From the NCBI GenBank assembly GCA_963749075.1, contig CAVVLJ010000021.1:128001-192000 (forward strand): a DNA stretch of 64,000 bases, given 5' to 3'. Of the stretch, positions 1 through 10,508 are shown in pieces. A program made the position numbers and the translations under genes. The DNA is from an uncultured Pseudomonadota bacterium (GTDB taxonomy: Bacteria; Pseudomonadota; Alphaproteobacteria; JACZXZ01). How positions within the stretch are numbered: position 1 is the stretch's first letter; every line of letters begins with the position of its first letter. Under the pieces are notes generated by a model. The model had not been told where the DNA came from. It did no database searches and saw only the letters and a program-made list of their open reading frames with translations.

Positions 1-191
1 TGGCGGCACCGGACGCCGAGGGGAGAGCGCTCCTCAACCAGGCGGCCGAGCGCATGAAGCTCTCGGCGCGCGGCTATCACCGCGTCCTGCGCGTGGCGCG
101 CACGCTCGCCGACCTCGAGGACGCCGAGCGGGTGCGCCGCCTCCACATCGCCGAGGCGCTCTCCTACCGGCGCATAGCACTCGGGCGCTGA
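1..191 (+). CDS. 3' end of YifB/ComM-family Mg-chelatase-like AAA+ protein (partial)
   Basis: Frame 3 reads ...LSARGYHRVLRVARTLADL...HIAEALSYR, the typical ComM C-terminus; TGA at 189-191. Confidence 0.85.
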   Translation, partial: AAPDAEGRALLNQAAERMKLSARGYHRVLRVARTLADLEDAERVRRLHIAEALSYRRIALGR

Positions 192-235
192 AGGCTACGC
201 GGCCGGCGCGCCACGGCCAGCGCCGCCGGGGTGCC

Positions 236-655
236 TCACTCCGCGGGGCCGGCGAAGCACAGCAGATTGCCGTCCGCATCCCTGACGATGAAGTCCCTGG
301 CACCCCAGGGCTGCTTCTTCAGCGTCTGATGGAAACCGGCGCCCGCCGCCTGAAACTCGAGGAAGAGCTGCTTGATCTCTTCGGCGGTGCCGACGGTGAT
401 CGCCGCGGACAGCAAGCTCTCGCGCTCCCTCACCTCGTTGTCGATCAACGGCGCCGCGACGCAACGGAGATTGAGCCGCGCCGCGTCGCGCGCGACCTGG
501 CCGTAGAAGGGCGGCTCGCCGTAGACGAAGGCGACCCTGAAGCCGAGCTTTTGCGTGAAGAAGTCGCATGACGCCTTGATGCCGGCGACGAACAACTGGG
601 GCTCGGCGCCAGCCAGGACGGGCTTTGCCAACTCTTGCGACGCTTGGTCGGTCAT
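236..655 (-). CDS. VOC/glyoxalase-bleomycin resistance family protein
   Basis: FFTQKLGF near the N-terminus and PWGARDFIVRDADGNLLCF at the C-terminus. Confidence 0.85.
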   Translation of the reverse strand: MTDQASQELAKPVLAGAEPQLFVAGIKASCDFFTQKLGFRVAFVYGEPPFYGQVARDAARLNLRCVAAPLIDNEVRERESLLSAAITVGTAEEIKQLFLEFQAAGAGFHQTLKKQPWGARDFIVRDADGNLLCFAGPAE

Positions 656-740
656 GGTCGCGAGTCCTTCCTTGAGCGCCGGCCAGCTCGCGAGCCTGGA
701 TTGCCGGCAGAGCCCGACGCTGTCAATGCGCCAGCGGCCT

Positions 741-1106
741 TTACGCCTCGGCCGGCCGGATCATGCGTCCGAGGTTCCTGCCGCCGAAGATGTGCACGTG
801 AAAGTGCGGCACCTCCTGGTGGGCGTCGGCGCCGGTGTTGGCGAGGATGCGGTAGCCGCTCTCGGCTAAGCCGGCCTCGCGCGCGAGGCGGCCGACGGCG
901 CGGAAGAGGGCGGCGATCTCGGCGTCCGACGCGCTCGCCGAGAAATCGTCCAGGCTCACGTAAGCGCCCTTGGGGATGACGAGGATGTGGGTGGGGGTCT
1001 GCGGCCGGATGTCGTGGAAGGCCAGCACGTGGGCGTCCTCATAGACCTTCTTGCACGGGATCTCGCCCTTGAGGATGCGCGCGAAGATGTTGTTGCTGTC
1101 GTACAT
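741..1106 (-). CDS. hinT: Histidine triad (HIT) nucleotide-binding protein
   Basis: NIFARILKGEIP and QEVPHFHVH HIT motif; follows hisE. Confidence 0.93.
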   Translation of the reverse strand: MYDSNNIFARILKGEIPCKKVYEDAHVLAFHDIRPQTPTHILVIPKGAYVSLDDFSASASDAEIAALFRAVGRLAREAGLAESGYRILANTGADAHQEVPHFHVHIFGGRNLGRMIRPAEA

Positions 1107-1133
1107 GCCCTCTCCCTCTGCCCCTCCCGAGGC

Positions 1134-1472
1134 TCAGCCTCTGTCGGCGCGCGCGCGCTTCTCCTCGATGCCCGAAGTGCCCTCGCGGCGGGCGAGCTCG
1201 GCATAGACGTCCTCGGGCTTCAAGCCCATGGCCGACCACAGCACGAGGAGATGGTAGAGCACGTCCGCGCTCTCGTTCACCAGTTCGCCGGCCTTGCCCT
1301 CGACCGCCGCGATCACCGCCTCGACCGCCTCCTCGCCGAGCTTCTGGGCGATCTTGGGAATGCCGCGGTGGAAGAGGTGGGCGGTGCGCGAGACCGAGGG
1401 ATCGGCGCCCTTGCGGCTCTCGATGATGGCGAAGAGGCGCGCCAGGATGGCGCTGTCGCCGTCGTTGCTCAT
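1134..1472 (-). CDS. hisE: Phosphoribosyl-ATP pyrophosphatase
   Basis: IAQKLGEEAVE, ESADVLYHLLV. Confidence 0.95.
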   Translation of the reverse strand: MSNDGDSAILARLFAIIESRKGADPSVSRTAHLFHRGIPKIAQKLGEEAVEAVIAAVEGKAGELVNESADVLYHLLVLWSAMGLKPEDVYAELARREGTSGIEEKRARADRG

Positions 1473-1537
1473 GGCTCAGACTCCTTCCGGCCGAGGCCCC
1501 CCGGACGCTTCCTCCCTAGCAGATTTTTGCCGTCGGG

Positions 1538-2308
1538 TCACTGCTCTGGCACCGCGCGCACGGCGATGCCGTGCCGCGCGAGATACGCCTTGGCGGCGGC
1601 GAGCGTCGCCTCGCCGAAATGGAAGATCGAGGCGGCGAGGAGGGCCGAGGCATGGCCTTCCTTGACACCCGCCACCAGGTGATCGAGCGTGCCGACGCCG
1701 CCCGAGGCGATCACCGGCACGCTCACGCCGTCGGCGATGGCGCGCGTGAGCGCCAGATCGAAGCCCTGGCGCGTGCCGTCGCGGTCCATCGAGGTGAGCA
1801 GGATCTCGCCGGCGCCGTACTCGACCATGCGCTGCGCCCAGGCGAGCGCATCGAGGCCGGTCGCCCGCCGGCCGCCGTGGGTGAAGACCTCGAAGCGGCC
1901 GGCGGCCGTGCGCTTGGCGTCGATGGCGACGACGACGCACTGGCTGCCGAACTTCTCCGCCGCCTCGCGCACGAGCTCGGGCCGCTCGACGGCGGCGGTG
2001 TTGATCGAGGCCTTGTCGGCGCCGGCGAGGAGGAGCTTCCTGATATCCTCGGTGCTGCGCACGCCGCCGCCCACGGTGAGCGGCATGAAGCATTGCTCGG
2101 CGGTGGCGCTCACCACGTCGTAGAGCGTGTCGCGGTTCTCGTGGCTCGCGGTGATGTCGAGGAAGCAGAGCTCGTCGGCGCCGCCGCGGTCGTAGAGGCG
2201 CGCCTGCTCGACCGGATCGCCGGCATCGCGCAAGGAGACGAAGTTGATGCCCTTGACGGTGCGGCCGTCCTTCACGTCGAGGCAGGGGATGAGGCGGACC
2301 TTGAGCAT
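1538..2308 (-). CDS. hisF: Imidazole glycerol phosphate synthase cyclase subunit
   Basis: [31 protein letters not shown]. Confidence 0.97.
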   Translation of the reverse strand: MLKVRLIPCLDVKDGRTVKGINFVSLRDAGDPVEQARLYDRGGADELCFLDITASHENRDTLYDVVSATAEQCFMPLTVGGGVRSTEDIRKLLLAGADKASINTAAVERPELVREAAEKFGSQCVVVAIDAKRTAAGRFEVFTHGGRRATGLDALAWAQRMVEYGAGEILLTSMDRDGTRQGFDLALTRAIADGVSVPVIASGGVGTLDHLVAGVKEGHASALLAASIFHFGEATLAAAKAYLARHGIAVRAVPEQ

Positions 2309-2325
2309 GGCTTTGGGCGTCCGGT

Positions 2326-3051
2326 CTAGGCGGCGAGCAGCGCCAGCGCCTCGGCAAGGTCGAGGCGGCCGTCGTAGAGCGCGCGGCCGGCTATGACGCC
2401 TGCGATGCCGTCGCTCTCGTGGGCCTTGAGCGCCTTAAGATCGGCGAGCGAGGCGACGCCGCCCGAGGCGATCACCGGCACGCTTGCTGCGCGCGCGAGC
2501 GCCGCCGTCGCCGCCACGTTGGGGCCGGCAAGCGCGCCGTCGCGCTCGATATCCGTATAGACGATCGCGGCGACGCCGGCATCGGCAAAGGCACAAGCGA
2601 GCTCGGCCGCACCCATCTCGGACGTTTCGGCCCAGCCGGCCACCGCCACCTTGCCGCCGCGCGCGTCGATGCCGACCGCGACGCGGCCGGGATAGGACTT
2701 GCAGGCCGCGCGCACGAAGGCCGGATCGCGCACCGCCGCGGTGCCCAGGATGACGCGCGCGACGCCCGCCGCGAGCCAGGCCTCGAGCGTCGCAATCTCG
2801 CGGATGCCGCCGCCGAGCTGGAGCGGGATTTTGACCGCCTGGAGGATGGCGCGCACGGCCTCCGCGTTCTTCGGCCGGCCGGCAAAGGCGCCGTCGAGAT
2901 CGACGACGTGGAGCCAGCGGCTGCCGGCCGCGGCGAAGGTGCTGGCCTGGGCCGCGGGATCGCGGTTGTACACCGTGGCGTCCGCCATGCGCCCCTGGAA
3001 GAGCCGCACGCAGGCGCCGTCCTTGAGATCGATGGCGGGGAAGAGGATCAC
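2326..3051 (-). CDS. hisA: ProFAR isomerase
   Basis: GTG start overlapping the hisH stop; [27 protein letters not shown]. Confidence 0.95.
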   Translation of the reverse strand: MILFPAIDLKDGACVRLFQGRMADATVYNRDPAAQASTFAAAGSRWLHVVDLDGAFAGRPKNAEAVRAILQAVKIPLQLGGGIREIATLEAWLAAGVARVILGTAAVRDPAFVRAACKSYPGRVAVGIDARGGKVAVAGWAETSEMGAAELACAFADAGVAAIVYTDIERDGALAGPNVAATAALARAASVPVIASGGVASLADLKALKAHESDGIAGVIAGRALYDGRLDLAEALALLAA

Positions 3052-3692
3052 GGCCGCCAGGTGAGGAAGTTGGCGATGAGCCTGAGGCCCGCCTCCTGGC
3101 TCTTGTCCGGGTGGAACTGGGTGCCGGCCATGTTGTCGCGGCCGATCACCGCCGGAAGCATGCCGCCGTAGTCGGCGCGCGCCAGCACGTCGCCCGCCTC
3201 GGCGCCGGTGATGGCGTAGCTGTGCACGAAATAAACGTCGGTGCCGGTCGCGAGGCCGGCGAGGAGCGGATGCTCGGCGCGGTCGATCACGAGATCGTTC
3301 CACCCCATGTGCGGGATCTTGAGCGAGGGATCGCGGGGCGCCATGCGCGTGACCTCGCCCTTGAGCCAGCCGAAGCCGTCGTGCACGCCGTGCTCGCGCC
3401 CGCGGCTCACCATGAGCTGCATGCCGACGCAGATGCCGAGGAACGGCCGGCCCTTTTGCACCACCGCCTCCTCGAGCGCCTGCCAGAGGCCCGGCACGCG
3501 GCGCACGCCGGCAGCACACTCGCCGAAAGCGCCCTGACCCGGCAGCACGATGCGCGCGGCCGCGAGCACGGCCTCGGCATCGGAGACGACGCGCACGGCG
3601 GGCCGCGGGTTAAGCGCCGACGCCGCGCGCTCGACCGCCTTGGCGGCGGAGCGCAGGTTGCCGGAGCCGTAATCGATGACGGCAACGTCCAT
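3048..3692 (-). CDS. hisH: IGP synthase glutaminase subunit
   Basis: [37 protein letters not shown] (usually FHPEKS). Confidence 0.95.
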   Translation of the reverse strand: MDVAVIDYGSGNLRSAAKAVERAASALNPRPAVRVVSDAEAVLAAARIVLPGQGAFGECAAGVRRVPGLWQALEEAVVQKGRPFLGICVGMQLMVSRGREHGVHDGFGWLKGEVTRMAPRDPSLKIPHMGWNDLVIDRAEHPLLAGLATGTDVYFVHSYAITGAEAGDVLARADYGGMLPAVIGRDNMAGTQFHPDKSQEAGLRLIANFLTWRP

Positions 3693-3700
3693 CGTGCCGG

Positions 3701-4288
3701 CTAGAGCCGCCCCTTGGTCGAGGGCACGGCATCGGCCTGGCGCGGGTCGATGGTCACGGCCTCGCGCAGCGCGCGCGCCAGGCCCTTGAAGCACGACTCG
3801 ACGATGTGATGGCTGTTGTCGCCGTAGAGGTTCTCGATATGGAGGGTGACGCCGGCGTGCTGCGCGAAGGCCTGGAACCACTCCTTGAAGAGCTCGGTGT
3901 CGAAGTCGCCGAGCTTCTGGCGCGTGAAGGCCACCTTCCAGATGAGATAGGGCCGGTTGGAGGCATCGAGCGCCACGCGGGTGAGCGTCTCGTCCATGGG
4001 GATGAGCGCCGAGCCGTAGCGCTTGATGCCCTTGCGCTCGCCGAGCGCCTGGGCCACCGCCTGGCCGATGACGATGCCGGTATCCTCGGTCGTGTGGTGG
4101 TAGTCGATGTGGAGGTCGCCCTTGGCGGCGAGCTTGAGGTCGATCAGGCTGTGGCGGGAGAGCTGCTCGAGCATGTGGTCGAGGAAGCCGATCCCGCTCT
4201 TCACCTCGTAGCGGCCGCTGCCGTCGAGATCGACGGTGACCGCGATCTCGGTCTCGCGCGTCTTGCGCTCGATGGTCGCCTGGCGCAT
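3701..4288 (-). CDS. hisB: Imidazoleglycerol-phosphate dehydratase
   Basis: [34 protein letters not shown]. Confidence 0.97.
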   Translation of the reverse strand: MRQATIERKTRETEIAVTVDLDGSGRYEVKSGIGFLDHMLEQLSRHSLIDLKLAAKGDLHIDYHHTTEDTGIVIGQAVAQALGERKGIKRYGSALIPMDETLTRVALDASNRPYLIWKVAFTRQKLGDFDTELFKEWFQAFAQHAGVTLHIENLYGDNSHHIVESCFKGLARALREAVTIDPRQADAVPSTKGRL

Positions 4289-4439
4289 GGCCCGCTCCTT
4301 GAGCCCCCTAGCTGGAGATGGGCGCCCTTGTAGCAGGAAGCTCGGCACCATGCCAGCCGCCGTGCTGGCTCACGCCCACGTAAGGTTTGACGCCAGGCCG
4401 CGGAATCGGTTAAGGCAAAAAGGGGCTTTGAAGGGGAGG

Positions 4440-5255
4440 ATGGCCATGGCCGAGCGCCGCTACGCGCCCGGTGACGTGATCTACCAGGAGGGCGACAAGA
4501 GCGATTTCGCCTATTTCATCCGCCGCGGGCGGGTCGAGATCCTCAAGAACGAGGGCGGCCGGCACAACCAGATCACCGTCCTCGGCGAGGGCGAGGTCTT
4601 CGGCGAGATGGGCGTCATCCTCGACCAGCGCCGCTCGGTGACGGCACGGGCGCTCGACCGCGTGGACGTGCGCGCCATCAGCCGCGCGAGCTTCCTCCAT
4701 GCCGTCAACCAGCAGCCCGACATGGCGCGGCCGGTCCTGAAGACGCTGCTCTCGCGCCTCCACGCCGAGGAGGAGGAGCAGGGCGCCACGGTGACGTCTC
4801 TCGCCGGTGCCGAGGACGGCGAGGAGAGCGAGGCGGGCGAGGCGGACGGCGGGGACCCCCCGGCGGCACCGCGCGGCGGCCGCATCCGCCTCCTGCCGGG
4901 GAGCGAATATCTCGAGCAGCTCATGCGCTCGGGTGGCGTCGACGTGACCGAGCTTCCCTTCCGCGTCGGGCGCAACTCGGTCAAGGGCGAGCCGCCGCCG
5001 ACCGAGGACAACGACCTCACCTTCGAGGATTTCAAGCCCTTCAACCTCTCGCGCCGCCACTTCGCCATCGAGCAGAGCCGCCGCGGCCTCATCGTGCGCG
5101 ACTGCGGCAGCCACCTGGGCACGGTGGTGAACGGCGTGCGCATCGGCGGCAAGGCGGGCGTCAACGTCGCCATCCTGCAAGGCGGCGACAACGAGATCGT
5201 CGCCGGCACCGACAAATCGCCCTACCGCTTCATGGTGCAAATCGTGGCCGAGTGA
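4440..5255 (+). CDS. Cyclic-nucleotide-binding domain + acidic linker + FHA domain protein
   Basis: cNMP motifs GEVFGEMG and RSVTARA; FHA motifs VGR, LSRRHF, GTVVNG; GGGGAGG RBS before ATG 4440/4446. Confidence 0.8.
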   Translation: MAMAERRYAPGDVIYQEGDKSDFAYFIRRGRVEILKNEGGRHNQITVLGEGEVFGEMGVILDQRRSVTARALDRVDVRAISRASFLHAVNQQPDMARPVLKTLLSRLHAEEEEQGATVTSLAGAEDGEESEAGEADGGDPPAAPRGGRIRLLPGSEYLEQLMRSGGVDVTELPFRVGRNSVKGEPPPTEDNDLTFEDFKPFNLSRRHFAIEQSRRGLIVRDCGSHLGTVVNGVRIGGKAGVNVAILQGGDNEIVAGTDKSPYRFMVQIVAE

Positions 5256-5281
5256 GCCCCGCCGGCGCGCGCGGCCCGGCC

Positions 5282-5310
5282 CTTGACCCGCGGGCCGTGC
5301 TTGCCCAAAT
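5282..5310 (+). promoter_or_regulatory. Putative RpoH (sigma32) promoter for hslVU
   Basis: CTTG-N18-CCCAAAT upstream of the heat-shock protease genes. Confidence 0.45.
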
Positions 5311-5369
5311 GAGAGCGGCTGCCCCGCCGGATCTCCCGCTACCGGCATCCCCTACGCAATCGAGGACCC

Positions 5370-5918
5370 ATGGCCGAAGACACGAACAGCCTATGGCACG
5401 GCACGACCATCCTTTGCGTGCGCAAGGGCGGCCGCGTGGTGATCGCCGGCGACGGCCAGGTGAGCTTCGGCCAGACGGTGATCAAGTCGAACGCGCGCAA
5501 GGTGCGCCGCCTGGGCGATGGCTCGGTGATCGGCGGCTTCGCCGGCGCCACGGCCGACGCCTTCACGCTCTTCGAGCGGCTCGAGGGCAAGCTCGAGAAG
5601 CATCCCAAGCAGCTCACCCGCGCCTGCGTCGAGCTCGCCAAGGACTGGCGCACGGACCGCTACCTGCGCCGGCTCGAGGCCATGATGGCGGTGGCCGACG
5701 CCAACGCCTCGCTCATCCTCTCGGGCAACGGCGACGTGCTCGAGCCCGAGGACGGTCTCATCGGCATCGGCTCGGGCGGGCCCTATGCGCTCGCAGCTGC
5801 CCGCGCGCTGATCGCCCGCGACGACATGGATGCCGAGACCATCGCGCGGCGTTCAATCGAGATCGCCGCCGGCATCTGCATCTACACCAACACCAACATC
5901 GTGATCGAGGCCCTATGA
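5370..5918 (+). CDS. hslV: ATP-dependent protease peptidase subunit
   Basis: [26 protein letters not shown]. Confidence 0.97.
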   Translation: MAEDTNSLWHGTTILCVRKGGRVVIAGDGQVSFGQTVIKSNARKVRRLGDGSVIGGFAGATADAFTLFERLEGKLEKHPKQLTRACVELAKDWRTDRYLRRLEAMMAVADANASLILSGNGDVLEPEDGLIGIGSGGPYALAAARALIARDDMDAETIARRSIEIAAGICIYTNTNIVIEAL

Positions 5919-7252
5919 ACCGGCCGCTCCCCGCCTCCCAGAGTGCCAGCCTGACCCCGCGCGAGATCGTCTCCGAGCTCGACCGCTACATCGTGGGCCA
6001 GGGCGATGCCAAACGCGCCGTCGCGATTGCGCTGCGCAACCGCTGGCGCCGCCAGCAGCTCCCCGAAGAGCTGCGCGAGGAGGTGCAGCCCAAGAACATC
6101 CTGATGATCGGGCCGACCGGCTGCGGCAAGACCGAGATCGCGCGGCGCCTGGCGCGCCTCGCCCAGGCGCCCTTCCTCAAGGTCGAGGCGACCAAGTTCA
6201 CCGAGATCGGCTACGTCGGCCGCGACGTGGAATCGATCATGCGCGACCTCGTCGAGATCTCGATCGCCCAGACGCGCGAGCGCAGGCGCAAGGAAGTGGC
6301 GGCGCGCGCCGAGCTCGCCGCCGAGGAGCGCGTGCTCGACGCCCTCGTGGGCCAGACCGCCGGCCAGGACACGCGCCAGAAATTCCGCAAGATGCTGCGC
6401 GAGGGCCAGCTCGACGACAAGGAGATCGAGGTCCAGGTGCAGGGCCAGGCGGGAGGTGCGATGCCGACCTTCGAGATCCCGGGCATGCCGGGCGCGCAGA
6501 TGGGCATGATCAACCTCAACGAGGTGCTCGGCAAGGCGTTCGGCGGGCAGACGCGGCCGCGCCGCATGAAGGTCAGCGAATCCCACGAGGTGCTGATGGC
6601 CGAGGAGAGCGACAAGCTCCTCGACCAGGAGAAGCTGGTGCGCGAGGCGATCCAGGCCGCCGAGCAGAACGGCATCGTCTTCCTCGACGAGATCGACAAG
6701 ATCACCGCGCGCTCCGAGCGCATGGGCGCCGACGTGAGCCGCGAGGGCGTGCAGCGCGACCTCCTGCCCCTCATCGAGGGCACCACGGTCGCGACCAAGC
6801 ACGGTGCCGTGAAGAGCGACCACGTGCTCTTCATCGCGTCCGGCTCCTTCCATCTCGCCAAGCCCTCGGACCTCCTGCCCGAGCTGCAGGGCCGCCTGCC
6901 CATCCGCGTCGAGCTCAAGGCGCTCGACCGCAACGACTTCATCCGCATCCTCACGGAGCCGGAGAACAGCCTCATCAAGCAGTACAAGGCGCTTCTCGCG
7001 ACCGAGGAGGTCACCCTCGACTTCAGCGAGGACGCCATCGCGGCGATCGCCGACCTCGCGGCCGAGGTCAACCGCGGCGTCGAGGACATCGGCGCGCGCC
7101 GTCTCCATACCGTGATGGAGCGCTTGCTCGACGAGATCAGCTTCGCCGCGACCGACCTGCCGGGGCAGGCCATCGCCATCGACGCCGCCTATGTGCAGAA
7201 GCACGTGGGCGATCTCGCCAAGAACGCCGACCTCTCGAAGTTCATCCTTTAG
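5915..7252 (+). CDS. hslU: ATP-dependent protease ATPase subunit
   Basis: [26 protein letters not shown], ends DLSKFIL; ATG overlaps the hslV stop. Confidence 0.97.
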   Translation: MNRPLPASQSASLTPREIVSELDRYIVGQGDAKRAVAIALRNRWRRQQLPEELREEVQPKNILMIGPTGCGKTEIARRLARLAQAPFLKVEATKFTEIGYVGRDVESIMRDLVEISIAQTRERRRKEVAARAELAAEERVLDALVGQTAGQDTRQKFRKMLREGQLDDKEIEVQVQGQAGGAMPTFEIPGMPGAQMGMINLNEVLGKAFGGQTRPRRMKVSESHEVLMAEESDKLLDQEKLVREAIQAAEQNGIVFLDEIDKITARSERMGADVSREGVQRDLLPLIEGTTVATKHGAVKSDHVLFIASGSFHLAKPSDLLPELQGRLPIRVELKALDRNDFIRILTEPENSLIKQYKALLATEEVTLDFSEDAIAAIADLAAEVNRGVEDIGARRLHTVMERLLDEISFAATDLPGQAIAIDAAYVQKHVGDLAKNADLSKFIL

Positions 7253-7595
7253 GGCGTTTCGCCTTAGGGCGCTTCGCCTTAGGGCGCTTCGCCTCTGGCG
7301 CCGCAGCCGCGAGCGGCCGCGCGCGCGTCACGTCGAGCGGGTGATCGATGAGCGGCTCCACGCGCCCGATGAAGTGCTGCGTATGGGGCAGGCCCGCGTG
7401 AAGCTCGAATGCGGCTTCGCTTTTCCAGCGCGAATGGACGTAGAAGAGCCGCGGGTCCCGGGTCGAGCGGAAAGCTGCGAAGCCGAGGCAGCCGGCTTCC
7501 GCGCCCGTCGGGCCGGCGACATCGCGCAGCGCCGCCTTAAGCGCGCTCTCGGCACCCTCGCGGGCATGAAACCGTCCGAAGATGAAGAGCTCCAC
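7242..7595 (-). CDS. Antibiotic biosynthesis monooxygenase (ABM) family protein with C-terminal (AKRPK)3
   Basis: EAGCLGF, W-x-S-x-x-A-F-x-x-H and PH pattern of the ABM fold. Confidence 0.75.
   Translation of the reverse strand: MELFIFGRFHAREGAESALKAALRDVAGPTGAEAGCLGFAAFRSTRDPRLFYVHSRWKSEAAFELHAGLPHTQHFIGRVEPLIDHPLDVTRARPLAAAAPEAKRPKAKRPKAKRPKG
7249..7293. repeat. 3 x 15-bp tandem repeat TTAGGGCG(C/T)TTCGCC
   Basis: Units at 7249, 7264 and 7279. Confidence 0.95.
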
Positions 7596-7696
7596 CAGTC
7601 CCTCCCTCGCCTCGGCGCCGCAGCGTCTTCCGCCCGTCGGCGCCGCCCATTCTCATCGTCATTGACAAAAATTTCGAGCTATTCGTTGATGTCGCC

Positions 7697-8929
7697 ATGG
7701 CGCAGGCTCGATCGACGGCGGGCGAAGCGGCCCCCTCGCGCATCGCGGCGCTGATTGCGGCGCGGGAGCCCGGACGCGGCCTCGCCGGCGCCTTCTATGA
7801 TGACCCCGAGATCTACGAGCGCGACCTCGCGCGCATCTTCCACCGCCACTGGCTCTGCGCCGGCCATGCCAGCGCTGCCGCGGCACCGGGCGACTATTTC
7901 CTCGCCAACGCCGGCGGCGAGGAGATCATCGTCGCCCGCGGCCGCGACGGCGAGCTCAATGCGCTTCTCAACGTCTGCCGCCACCGCGGCTCGCGCATTT
8001 GCAGCGTGCCGGCCGGTCATGCCGACTTCTTCGTCTGCCCCTACCACGCCTGGAGCTACGCGCTCGACGGCAGCCTCGCGGCGGCGCGGCACATGCCGCA
8101 AGGCTTCGATAGGACCGCGCACGGGCTCAAGCGGCTGCATCTCCGCGTGGCCGAGGGGCTCGTCTTCGTCTCCTTCGCAAGCACGCCGCTCGATTTCACG
8201 CCGGTTGCCGGCGCGCTCAGCGGTTCCTGCGGGCGCTACGGCTGGGCTGCGGCCAAGGTGGCGCACCGCGAGCGCTACGCCATCGCGGCCAACTGGAAGC
8301 TCGCCGTCGAGAACTATGTGGAATGCTACCATTGCAGCCCGGCGCATCCCGAGTATTCGCGCCTGCATGCCCTCGAGCAGCCGCTGCCGCGCATCGCCGC
8401 CCTCAATGCGCGCATGGCCGAGCGCACCGCGGCACTCGGCATCGCGGTGGCGGAGTGCCACCAGTGGCGCACCTCCGAGCGTGGCGCCGAGGCGATCGAC
8501 TGCTTCCGCTATGCGCTCTACGAAGGTGTCGCGACCGGCAGCCCCGACGGCCGGCCGGTGGCACCGCTCATGGGCGATTTCACCGGCTATGACGGGGGTG
8601 TGACCTCCGTGCACGTCGGAGGTGCGAGCTTCCTCCTCGCCTATCCCGATCACGGCGTCGTCTACCGCTTTGCGCCCAAGGGGCCGGATGCCGTTGAGAT
8701 GGAGCTCGTCTGGCTCGTGCGCGGCGATGCCCGGGAAGGCGTCGATTACGACAAGGAGCGCCTCGTCTGGCTCTGGCAGGTGACGAGCGAGGCGGACAAG
8801 CGCATCATCGAGCGCACGGCCGAGGGCGTACGCTCGCGCTTCTTCGAGCCGGGTCCGCTGGCACCCATGGAATACAACGAGCGCCGCTACATCGAGTGGT
8901 ATCTCGCGGAGATTTCCGGTCTTATGTAG
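7697..8929 (+). CDS. Rieske non-heme iron oxygenase alpha subunit (GbcA/choline monooxygenase-like)
   Basis: CRHRG...CPYHAW Rieske motif; ENYVECYHC...H iron ligands; the stop codon lies inside the element's left end. Confidence 0.9.
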   Translation: MAQARSTAGEAAPSRIAALIAAREPGRGLAGAFYDDPEIYERDLARIFHRHWLCAGHASAAAAPGDYFLANAGGEEIIVARGRDGELNALLNVCRHRGSRICSVPAGHADFFVCPYHAWSYALDGSLAAARHMPQGFDRTAHGLKRLHLRVAEGLVFVSFASTPLDFTPVAGALSGSCGRYGWAAAKVAHRERYAIAANWKLAVENYVECYHCSPAHPEYSRLHALEQPLPRIAALNARMAERTAALGIAVAECHQWRTSERGAEAIDCFRYALYEGVATGSPDGRPVAPLMGDFTGYDGGVTSVHVGGASFLLAYPDHGVVYRFAPKGPDAVEMELVWLVRGDAREGVDYDKERLVWLWQVTSEADKRIIERTAEGVRSRFFEPGPLAPMEYNERRYIEWYLAEISGLM

Positions 8930-9069
8930 CTGACGCACCGATTGACGGCTAATTATTGCGTATAACAAGAAAAACCCGCAATAAAACTGATAAATCCTTG
9001 AAGTAGCCAAAATTCGATCCCTTAATAATCCAGTCATCAAGCATTTTCCTTAAGCACAGGAGCGCTTGA

Positions 9070-9261
9070 ATGACTGACCTAGACCCCGATCTGGCATCCG
9101 CCTTCTGCGACGCTCATTTTGAGGGATCGGCAAAGAAGGTGATGCAGGGCGCCCTGCGCACGTTCATCAAGGATCAACTATCTAGGGATTTGGCGACGAA
9201 AGAGCGATCCGACGAGCTTCAGAAAAAGCGGAATGGCGGGAAGCCAGACGGCTCGAATTGA
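9070..9261 (+). CDS. Small hypothetical protein, ribbon-helix-helix-like
   Basis: 63 aa, AGGAG upstream, helical VMQGALRTFI segment; fold call is inference. Confidence 0.5.
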   Translation: MTDLDPDLASAFCDAHFEGSAKKVMQGALRTFIKDQLSRDLATKERSDELQKKRNGGKPDGSN

Positions 9262-9510
9262 CGGTATTCGGGCACAAATGGGACCAATCCCGAGTCGCAA
9301 TCATGCTCCTGTGTGGCAGTGCCACGATCATCGGCGAACGTGTTACGGGCGTCCTGCCTGTGCCAGGCCCTTAGGAAGGCAGCCGCTAAGCGATTCAAAC
9401 GACTCGGTTTTGTTATAGAAGGCGTCTACACTGCATCGAGTCGCTTGCCCGCTTGAGGCAGAGCGCTAATTCCTCTTGCTCCTTTGATTCCGAGAGAGTA
9501 GAGAGTTGTG

Positions 9511-9526
9511 TATCAATATCTTGTGG
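9511..9526. promoter_or_regulatory. NrdR-box-like site upstream of pyrE
   Basis: TATCAATATCTTGTGG versus consensus acaCwAtATaTwGtgt (core CwATATnTwGTG matches). Confidence 0.55.
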
Positions 9527-9608
9527 TTGGGATGGGCTCCACCGCATACCCCTGGGCGACCTCGTCACGATTAGTCAGGCCTTGGGTATAAAACCTAGGG
9601 AAACGCAC

Positions 9609-10190
9609 ATGGCTCAGGTCGCCAGTAAGCCCGCTCGATTCGATCAGGACGGCCGCCGTGAGCGTCTGCGTCATATCATCGCAGATATGTGCTTCACGAC
9701 GGGGCCGACATTCCGGCTCGCCTCGGGAAGGGAAAGCAATTTCTATTTCAATCTTAAAAAGGCGATGCTCGACCCCGAGGGGATTGAGTTGTTGGCTGAT
9801 CTCATATTGGAAGAGACCGCTGGCATTCGTGCCGACTATGTGGGCGGTCTCGCAATGGGGGCAGTCCCGGTCGTCGTCGCGGTAGTTATGAAAAGCCGCG
9901 GAGGAAACCGGCCGCTGAGAGGGTTCTGGGTTCGCAAAGAGGCCAAGGGCCACGGGACTAACGACTTGACGGACGGCCATATCGTTGACGGCTCGCGAGT
10001 TATCATCGTTGATGACGTGACGACCACGGGCGGCTCTATCAAGCAGGCGATAGAGGAGGTCAAAAGGCATAACTGCGAAATCGCCGCTGTCATAACGATC
10101 GTTGATCGATTGGAGGGCGCTAAGGAAGCCCTTGCTAAGGATGGCGTCGAGCTTATTGCGCTGTATGATACGAACGATTTCCTCCCCTAA
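9609..10190 (+). CDS. pyrE: Orotate phosphoribosyltransferase (element-borne)
   Basis: FRLASGRESNFY, VRKEAKGHG loop, PRPP motif IIVDDVTTTGGS. Confidence 0.9.
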   Translation: MAQVASKPARFDQDGRRERLRHIIADMCFTTGPTFRLASGRESNFYFNLKKAMLDPEGIELLADLILEETAGIRADYVGGLAMGAVPVVVAVVMKSRGGNRPLRGFWVRKEAKGHGTNDLTDGHIVDGSRVIIVDDVTTTGGSIKQAIEEVKRHNCEIAAVITIVDRLEGAKEALAKDGVELIALYDTNDFLP

Positions 10191-10244
10191 AGGTTCACCA
10201 GAGTTTGCGGGTTCCCCCTTAAAGGGAAACGGTGACTCGTGGGG

Positions 10245-10508
10245 ATGCATAGCGACGAGATCGCGGCAATAGCAACATTCGCCCTAGAGCACTCCACCGC
10301 TTATCCTGTCCTGTCCCTCGTGCTCCTCACCGTCGTTGATCGTATCGAAAACGAATACGACGGCGGCGCTATAACAGAAGATCGAGCGGCACAGCTTGAT
10401 GAGCTTGAACCGTTGATCCGAGCTGCCATGACAGCGCCCGGTGACTTTGCGAAGTTACAAACGATTTGCAGAAAATTTATGACGGTATTCGATATTGGCG
10501 CGCACTGA
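10245..10508 (+). CDS. Hypothetical helical protein
   Basis: 87-aa ORF directly after pyrE inside the element; no family recognised. Confidence 0.55.
   Translation: MHSDEIAAIATFALEHSTAYPVLSLVLLTVVDRIENEYDGGAITEDRAAQLDELEPLIRAAMTAPGDFAKLQTICRKFMTVFDIGAH

Noticed and set aside
9453-9608. N-terminal extension of pyrE from the ORF track (245 aa)
   Set aside because: The region looks like promoter/operator DNA; ATG 9609 gives a normal-length OPRTase
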